DNA of 64,000 nt from NCBI GenBank assembly GCA_044222185.1, contig JBGANV010000005.1, positions 32,001 to 96,000 on the forward strand, in the 5' to 3' direction. The position numbers and the translations under genes were made by a program. This DNA is from Planctomycetota bacterium. GTDB lineage: Bacteria; Planctomycetota; GCA-002687715; CAIWVZ01. The notes below the pieces were generated by a model. It was not told the origin of the DNA. It searched no databases and was given only the letters and a program-made list of their open reading frames with translations. Shown one piece after another: positions 57,714 through 64,000 of the stretch. Position 1 is the first letter of the stretch. Every line of letters starts with the position of its first letter.

Positions 57714-59624
57714 ATGACCAAGTCCAGAATCTCCATCGGCGTCGCCGCCGCGACCGCCGGGCTCATCTGTGCCGTTGCCCTGTTCGACTCCACCCTTGTG
57801 CGTCGTGCTCTCGCAGGGGGCGATCGACCGATGGACCTCTCCATCGTCCCATCGGCGAATGTTCGGGCACCTTCGCTGCTGGCCTCGCCGTTCATCGACC
57901 CACGCGATTCCTGGCACGCCACACCCGGTGACCAATTCGCCTTCCAAACCGATGCGGAGTGTGACGTCGATCTGGACCCCGCGGAATTCGGGGGCCGTGA
58001 GGCGAGCGCAACGAAGCCGTCGACGCAGTCCATGACCCTGAAGCTGGCGGGGTCGATGACCGCCACCGTGATCGACGCCGTCGGGGATCAAGTCGCTGTC
58101 GCAGTATCCATCGAACTCGATGCAACCGTCGGCGGCGAGAACCCTGGATCGCGCCACCTGACGGGAGACTCGATTGTCACGCTCGAGGCCGGGCGAATCC
58201 TCCGTCTCGGGTTCCGCGAGGGCGCGAGCCCGGTCAGCCGCCGGCTGCTGCGTTGGATCCTGGCCGGCACGCACCAGTTCATCGCACCCGGCGAAGATCG
58301 CCCGACTGCGACAACTGATCACCTGGGAGATGAGACCGGCTGGTATCGCGCGGAGTACGCGTGGACTCAACCCGCGGCTACCGAGGATCCGGGGATGACA
58401 CTTGTCCGGACAAAGCTCGCCTACGAGACCGGCACCCCACGCGACCGATCGTCGGAGTTCAAGATCCGATCCAGCCACGGCGAGGCACGCTTCTCGCACG
58501 GATGGATCGACGTCGGTTCCGATTCCACGGAACTCACCTGCGTCGTCGGTGGCGCGATCATGCAGACGCGCATCCACACGATCGCGAACCGCACCGCGAT
58601 GCGACGCGTGGACGTCGCCGAGTTCACGTGGGCTCCGGACGTCTGGGAGGATGCGTTCATTCCCGCAGGGCCAGTTGGCGTCGATGACGATGTCCTGTCC
58701 CCCGCCGACGCCGATGCGCGCGTGTCATCGATCATCGACGCGCTGAAGATTCTCGCGGACAAATCTGCGTTGAGCTCGGATGATGCGCTCAAGCTCGCCA
58801 TGGAGCTGGCGAAGATCCTTGCGACGCATCCAGAGATCGTGGACACCGTTCGCACGGGGCTCGATGCGGGTTCGTACGGAGGCGCGGCGAGCATGGTGGC
58901 GTCGGCTCTCGCGGGCGCCGCAGTCAAGGGCTCAACCGCAGCAGCCGACGCGGTCATCGGTCTCCTTTCCAGCCGCCAGGACCTCCGTCAGCCCATGATG
59001 ATGGCCCTGCACGAGGCGACGGGAACGACGGCAGCACGGTTCGCTCCGGTCGTCCTCGAACTCGCCAGGGCAAACGGCGATCCTGCTGTGACCACGGCTG
59101 CGTCGCTGCTGGCTGCCACGCTGTACTCGCGGCTCTCGGACGAAGCCGCGCGCGCGCCGATCCGGCAACTGATCGACAGCGGCCTGTCGAGTGTCGACGA
59201 CGCGCGGCGAGAGATGTTCTTGTATGCCGTCGGCAACACGAGCGATCCGGTCATGCGGTCACGTGCCTACGCGATGATCGACGACGGAAATCCAGGGATC
59301 CGCCTTGCCGTCGCGGACGTCGCAACCGGAAACGATGACGGCGGCGCCACATTGCTCAAGCTCGTCGATGACGCTGACCCCATGGTCGCAGCACGCGCGA
59401 TTCGCGGCCTCGGAGCGATGCCGAACAACCCGGACGCGGTACGCCGCCTCCTCGACATCGCACTCGATCCGACCGGTCACGCAGACCCGGAGAGGCTCGC
59501 CGCCCTCCAAGGGCTCGTTCGCTCGCGGCGGGAGGCATCGGTCGTCGAGGGGCTGCGGACAGTCGCGGCCGCCGATCCCAATCCCCAACTCAAGGCGCTC
59601 GCAGCCTCACTCGTGACCAAGTGA
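57714..59624 (+). CDS. Exported protein with a vitellogenin-N-like beta domain and a HEAT-like helical domain
   Basis: GAGGA RBS; N-terminal hydrophobic segment; beta region ...GRILRLGF...RRLLRWIL..HQ...DETGWYRAEY...LVRTK; helical FLYAVGNT and HEAT-like D.DP.V...AIRGLG. Confidence 0.7.
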   Translation: MTKSRISIGVAAATAGLICAVALFDSTLVRRALAGGDRPMDLSIVPSANVRAPSLLASPFIDPRDSWHATPGDQFAFQTDAECDVDLDPAEFGGREASATKPSTQSMTLKLAGSMTATVIDAVGDQVAVAVSIELDATVGGENPGSRHLTGDSIVTLEAGRILRLGFREGASPVSRRLLRWILAGTHQFIAPGEDRPTATTDHLGDETGWYRAEYAWTQPAATEDPGMTLVRTKLAYETGTPRDRSSEFKIRSSHGEARFSHGWIDVGSDSTELTCVVGGAIMQTRIHTIANRTAMRRVDVAEFTWAPDVWEDAFIPAGPVGVDDDVLSPADADARVSSIIDALKILADKSALSSDDALKLAMELAKILATHPEIVDTVRTGLDAGSYGGAASMVASALAGAAVKGSTAAADAVIGLLSSRQDLRQPMMMALHEATGTTAARFAPVVLELARANGDPAVTTAASLLAATLYSRLSDEAARAPIRQLIDSGLSSVDDARREMFLYAVGNTSDPVMRSRAYAMIDDGNPGIRLAVADVATGNDDGGATLLKLVDDADPMVAARAIRGLGAMPNNPDAVRRLLDIALDPTGHADPERLAALQGLVRSRREASVVEGLRTVAAADPNPQLKALAASLVTK

Positions 59625-59674
59625 CAGAATGCAATCGACACGCCAGCCGGCGATCCTCGCTGGCATGTCCGCCC

Positions 59675-60334
59675 TCACTCCTCCGCGAAATCGTCGAACA
59701 CGGCGCCGGGCACCGTGGCGCGGAGACGCTTGATCGCATTTTGAAACCGGCCGTAGACCGTGTCGAGCGGCTTGGAGAACTTGGCACCGATTTCGCGAAA
59801 GGTCAGTCCGTGGAAGGTCCGAAGAAGCACGATGTCCCGGTCTTCCGGCGACAACGTCGCCAGCACCTGGCCGATGCGATCGTCGATCTCGCGGCGGGCG
59901 GCCCGCTCGGGGACAGCCGTCGACGTGTCGAGGATCGCCACGTCCGCCGGGACACTGTCCCCATCATCGCCTTGCACGACAGTCAGCTGCGCTGGTGTCG
60001 CCCGTCGGCGCTCGCTGCTCGCCAGGTAGGTGATGGTCGTGCGGAGCCATCGAACGACGACGGGAGTCCATCGCTTCCGGTCATCCTTGAAGTTGTGCTT
60101 CAGGTTCTCGAACGCCTTCGTGAGGATCAGCATGGCTTCCGAGACGAGGTCCTCGGCCGACGTGCTCCCGTCCTTGACCGCAAACCGGCGCGCCCACTGA
60201 ACGGCGAGCGGGTAGAAATGCTCGTAGATGTAGGCGATCGCGCTGCCATCACCGCGACGAACAGCCTCACGAAGATTCATCGATGTTCGACCGCGTGTGG
60301 TCGAGCCATCACCGGTCGGGCCAGCGGGGTCCAT
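59675..60334 (-). CDS. ECF sigma factor, divergent from the Ser/Thr kinase gene
   Basis: GD.SA...IY..F.P, STSAEDLVSEA, WL; region 4 LSPEDRDIVLLR.FHGLTFREIG...V..R. Start uncertain (60352, 60334 or 60280). Confidence 0.82.
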   Translation of the reverse strand: MDPAGPTGDGSTTRGRTSMNLREAVRRGDGSAIAYIYEHFYPLAVQWARRFAVKDGSTSAEDLVSEAMLILTKAFENLKHNFKDDRKRWTPVVVRWLRTTITYLASSERRRATPAQLTVVQGDDGDSVPADVAILDTSTAVPERAARREIDDRIGQVLATLSPEDRDIVLLRTFHGLTFREIGAKFSKPLDTVYGRFQNAIKRLRATVPGAVFDDFAEE

Positions 60335-60435
60335 CTGCGGGGCGGGGATCATCGTGCGGCCGCCATGCTACTCGGCCGCGGCGAGCGACACAGTGAAGGC
60401 CCGGGTCGGGCAAACCGCAAGACTCCCGCACGTCG

Positions 60436-60464
60436 TTGACAGGCTCGCGTTCACCCTCGAGAAT
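60436..60464 (+). promoter_or_regulatory. Sigma70-like promoter of kinase 2
   Basis: TTGACA-N17-GAGAAT followed by CCTCGC; supports the GTG start at 60498. Confidence 0.55.
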
Positions 60465-60497
60465 CCTCGCACTGAACCAGGGAAGACAGGAAGAACA

Positions 60498-63470
60498 GTG
60501 GACGATCAGGAGGAACAGGACGAACGGGCCGATGCGGACTCGCGGGATCCGAGCGTGCGGGAGGCCTTCCTGCTACGCGTCCTGCTCGACATCCACGATG
60601 GAACGGTCAAGCCGCTCTATCGCTACATGCTGGACTTCCCGGGCGACCCGGCAGGGGTGTTCGAGGAGTATCGCGATCTCCTGAACCAGGGCGCGATCTC
60701 CGAGACGGCCGACACGACTCTCGCCTCCGGGTCGGACCCGGCCGAGCACATTGCAAACTACCGCATCATCCGCGAACTCGGACGCGGCGGTCAGGGGACG
60801 GTCTTCCTCGCCGACGATCTGAGGTTGGGCAAGAAGGTCGCGCTGAAGGTTCTCAACCGAGACCACTGGGTGTCCCCTGCCGCCGCCGAACGGTTCCGGC
60901 GAGAGGCGACGATCGCGTCGAGGCTGGAGCACCCCGGCATCTGCCCGGTCTACAACGTCGGCGTCCACAATGGCGTCTCGTTCATCGCCATGCGCTACAT
61001 CGACGGCGAGCCGCTCTCCCACCGGATCGCAACGACGCGGGAGCGAGCGTCCCCGGAGAGCACGATCGTCCTGGTTGAGCTGGACGAGGTCTACACCCCT
61101 GTGACCGAAGTCGCGGCGAACGAACCCGCTCGCAGAGACCCACCCGCGACTCCAGACGACATCGACCGCGTGCTGCTCTTCATCGAACAGGCGGCCCGAG
61201 CCCTCCATGCCGCACACGAGAGTGGTGTCATCCATCGAGACGTGAAGCCGCGGAACATCATGGTGACGAAGGCGGGACATCCAGTGATTCTCGACTTCGG
61301 GCTCGCGCAGGACGTCGAGGGCGATCTCTCGACGCTCACGCAGTCCGGCGAGTTGTTCGGCACACCGTCCTACATGTCACCAGAGCAGTTGCGCCCGGCA
61401 CCGAACAAACTTGACAGGCGCACCGACATCTGGTCGCTCGGCGTCACCCTGTTTGAGTGTTTGTCGCTCAAGATGCCGTTCGACGCACCGACCCGGGACG
61501 GGATCTACCAAGCCATCCAATCGCAGGATCCTCCGGACCTGCGCAGGCTGAATCGGAACGTCTCGCGCGACCTCCGCATCGTCGTTGCGACGGCCCTCGC
61601 GAGGGACCGCGGCCACCGCTACCAGACCGCCGCGGCACTCGCCGAGGACTTGCGCCGAGTGCGGATGCGCGAGCCGATCCGGGCGAAGCCAGTCAGCCCG
61701 ATCGTCCGGCTGCTCCGATGGGGCCAGCGCAATCCCGCTCTTGCGGCCGCGCTGGCAGGACTCTTCGGTGTGCTCGCGGCCGGACTTGCGACCAGTCTGT
61801 ACTTCCTGCGCGCCGCAAGGGCGGCCCTTAACGACTACGACCGCCTTGGTGCGTTGCCGACCCTACAGCGGCTGACGAAGGAAGCAGAGAGTCTCTGGCC
61901 AGCCGAGCCGAGCATGGTGAAGGCGATGGAGCATTGGATCGACCAGGCGGACGCTTTGGTGAAGCAATTGCCGGAGCTTCGGACTGTACTGACTACGCTT
62001 CAAGGTTCGGAAAACGTCGCGCCGTACACTGACGCCGACCGCGAGGCTGACATAGATGCGAATACCGCACAGCATGAGGAGGAGCTTTCTATCGCCCGTC
62101 AACGGCGGGCGCTGCTTGCCGATGCAATTCGCACCGCTGAGTCCCGATCTGTGGGTCAGCCTGCGCCAATCTCGAGCTCGGCTCCAGCCTCAAGACCAAT
62201 TGCACAGCTGGACCCGGGCAAGATCCCAGGAATGCGCGCCCGCATGGCGGATCTCGACGCCGCCATCGCAGGGCTCGACGCCAAGCGCCATGCACGGCGC
62301 ACGTGGAAGTTCACAGGCGACGCGAAGGGGGCTGACCAATTCCGCCACGACACGCTCGCAGACATCGTGCGCGGGCTGAGCACGTTTGCCGAAGAGGACC
62401 CAACGCATGGTGTACTGGCGAACGTGCGTGATCGACTGACATTCGCGAACAAAGTCCGTCACGCGACGATCGACAGTTACCAAGCCAAGTGGCAACTGGC
62501 GAAGGCCGCCATCGCGGCCGAGCCAAAATACCACCGCCTCGAGATAACGGAGCAGCTTGGCTTGATCCCGATCGGGCCCGACCCGCAATCTGGCCTTTGG
62601 GAGTTCGCTCACCTTCGAACGACGACGCCGGGCGTCGATCCGGTCCCGGAACGCGGAGGAGATGGGCGGCTCATCATCACCGAGGACACAGGCATACTCT
62701 TCGTCCTACTACCCGGTGGCACGTTTCGGATGGGGGCGCGGCGAGTCGACCCGAACGACAAGGGGATGCACTCGACCGATCCAAATGTCGACCCGGAAGC
62801 GGCGGAAGGTGAAGCGCCGATCCGAGATGTAAGGCTCGAGCCCTTCTTCCTCTCAAAATACGAGATGACGCAGGGCCAATGGCTACGCGTCGTCGGGCAC
62901 AATCCAAGCATCAACCAGCCCTACAAGATGCTACTTGGCAGGGTCACAGACTTGCGCAACCCCATCGAACAAGTCAGCTGGGACGAATGCGACGTCTGGA
63001 TGTCACGACTATCCCTTCTGCTCCCAACGGAGGCGCAATGGGAGTACGCTGCACGGGGGGGGACAACGACGCCCCGGTGGACGGGAGCCACGGTCGAAGG
63101 CCTTGCGGCGGCGGCGAACGTTGCCGACATGAGCGTGATTCCTCCGGCCACGAACTGGGCACACGAAACCTGGAACGACGGTTTCGCCATCGACGCCCCT
63201 GTCGGCTCGTTCGCGCCGAATGCGTTCGGGCTCCATGATGTGCTGGGAAACGTCTTCGAGTGGTGCCGGGATTGGTGGGCTGGATACGAGGTGCTCCCTC
63301 GGCCAGGTGACGGACTGCGACAGCCGGTCGATCGGCGTATCCGCGTCGGACGCGGCGGCTGTTTCGCGAGCGGCGCTGCGTGGGCGCGTTCGGCGGCGCG
63401 GCTGGGCGACACGCCTGACCGAAAGAGCGACCTCGTCGGTGTACGACCCGCCAGGAGTGTCTTTCCGTAG
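60498..63470 (+). CDS. Ser/Thr protein kinase with a TM helix, coiled coil and C-terminal FGE-sulfatase domain
   Basis: LGRGGQGTV, VALK, HRDVKPRNI, DFGLA, GTPSYMSPEQ; LPTEAQWEYAARGG, PNAFGLHDVLGNVFEWC, VGVRPAR. Confidence 0.92.
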   Translation: MDDQEEQDERADADSRDPSVREAFLLRVLLDIHDGTVKPLYRYMLDFPGDPAGVFEEYRDLLNQGAISETADTTLASGSDPAEHIANYRIIRELGRGGQGTVFLADDLRLGKKVALKVLNRDHWVSPAAAERFRREATIASRLEHPGICPVYNVGVHNGVSFIAMRYIDGEPLSHRIATTRERASPESTIVLVELDEVYTPVTEVAANEPARRDPPATPDDIDRVLLFIEQAARALHAAHESGVIHRDVKPRNIMVTKAGHPVILDFGLAQDVEGDLSTLTQSGELFGTPSYMSPEQLRPAPNKLDRRTDIWSLGVTLFECLSLKMPFDAPTRDGIYQAIQSQDPPDLRRLNRNVSRDLRIVVATALARDRGHRYQTAAALAEDLRRVRMREPIRAKPVSPIVRLLRWGQRNPALAAALAGLFGVLAAGLATSLYFLRAARAALNDYDRLGALPTLQRLTKEAESLWPAEPSMVKAMEHWIDQADALVKQLPELRTVLTTLQGSENVAPYTDADREADIDANTAQHEEELSIARQRRALLADAIRTAESRSVGQPAPISSSAPASRPIAQLDPGKIPGMRARMADLDAAIAGLDAKRHARRTWKFTGDAKGADQFRHDTLADIVRGLSTFAEEDPTHGVLANVRDRLTFANKVRHATIDSYQAKWQLAKAAIAAEPKYHRLEITEQLGLIPIGPDPQSGLWEFAHLRTTTPGVDPVPERGGDGRLIITEDTGILFVLLPGGTFRMGARRVDPNDKGMHSTDPNVDPEAAEGEAPIRDVRLEPFFLSKYEMTQGQWLRVVGHNPSINQPYKMLLGRVTDLRNPIEQVSWDECDVWMSRLSLLLPTEAQWEYAARGGTTTPRWTGATVEGLAAAANVADMSVIPPATNWAHETWNDGFAIDAPVGSFAPNAFGLHDVLGNVFEWCRDWWAGYEVLPRPGDGLRQPVDRRIRVGRGGCFASGAAWARSAARLGDTPDRKSDLVGVRPARSVFP

Positions 63471-63845
63471 CGAGCGAGCCCCGAGCCTATGGGTAGGTTC
63501 CATTCAGGGTGGGTCGTCGAACACGTTGGGCTCGTTCCGTATCAAACCGCCGTTGCGAAGACCCCGTCGGCCCGAAGCGTCGTCACCGACCCCCATCCAA
63601 GAGTCCTTTGGACTCGATGCCGCCGGCACTCGGCGAAGCATCGATGTCGGTCTCGTTCGATGTGACGGACCGTCGATCGCGAGGCGGTCATGCGATTATG
63701 GCGCGCACGGGCTTTCTCCGACTCCTGCCGACCTCACGGCTCGAACATCGCCATTGGCCTCAGCGCCACGGGGTTTGCAGAGTTTCGGAGCCGCGCGTCG
63801 GTGGCAACGGACTATTGAACGTCTCGACACCGGTGTTCCGGTGGG

Positions 63846-64000
63846 TGTCAAGGTAGTTGTCCCCTGAACTGAGTGACTGAGATGGTGTTCGAGGCGGCCC
63901 TTGGTGGCGACGCCGGCGTGGTCGCGATCGCCGAGTTGGTTGGTTCGTGCGCGATTGTGGAAAACCGACGCGATAGGAAGCCCCAGGATCGATCCGGATG
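63846..64000 (-). mobile_element. Possible end of an insertion sequence running out of the window
   Basis: TGTCAAGGTAGTTGTCCCC resembles a DDE-IS terminus. One minus-strand frame from the edge stops inside it; another reads IRIDPGASYR, like IstB C-terminal G.SYR. No transposase is visible. Confidence 0.3.

Noticed and set aside
60405-60430. GGGCAAACC resembling a c-di-GMP-I riboswitch start
   Set aside because: The GNRA P2 stem and downstream GACGCAAAGC are absent; the region is the divergent promoter spacer.
63340-63845. Diversity-generating retroelement acting on the C-terminal FGE (CLec-fold) domain
   Set aside because: No AAC-rich template repeat matching the gene end and no reverse transcriptase in the window.
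1-64000. CRISPR arrays, tRNA/rRNA, prophage or integrase genes
   Set aside because: No regularly spaced DNA repeats, RNA-gene signatures or phage/integrase motifs seen by eye; the visible repeats are protein-coding.

Overview
A 64 kb window from a high-GC bacterial genome. The gene content suggests Planctomycetota, probably an uncultured lineage (inference from ECF-sigma/Ser-Thr-kinase pairs, DxDG propeller proteins and FGE-domain kinases). Positions 1-51 kb are densely packed: class V aminotransferase, a 14-repeat propeller surface protein, a LOG-dapF-sppA-copA run, a CBM2-GH18 chitinase, two unusual secretin-like paralogs, a crotonase/acyl-CoA catabolic operon, a dCache two-component triad, cutC, a complete MNIO (DUF692) bufferin-type RiPP cluster with its own ECF/anti-sigma pair, a degenerate PurM, an M1 peptidase, serA-serB-aminotransferase, LPS kinases and glycosyltransferases, GH127, and NUDIX-ppk1. 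Positions 51-64 kb look like a lower-GC accessory block: two paralogous Ser/Thr kinases, an ECF sigma, an FGE-FKBP fusion, and a two-gene cassette resembling a split vitellogenin/MTP-type lipid-transfer protein. A possible IS end lies at the right edge. The strongest novelty candidates are (1) the tandem internally duplicated mini-secretin pair, (2) the split vitellogenin/MTP-like cassette, (3) the lipoprotein RiPP precursor with NxCNGxNxC repeats and a repeated AACC-N14-GCATCGAA promoter motif, and (4) a shared ~120-140 aa C-terminal 'Q...D...SNAL' domain on unrelated secreted proteins. All family calls come from reading motifs by eye; no searches were run. No tRNA, rRNA or CRISPR array was seen.
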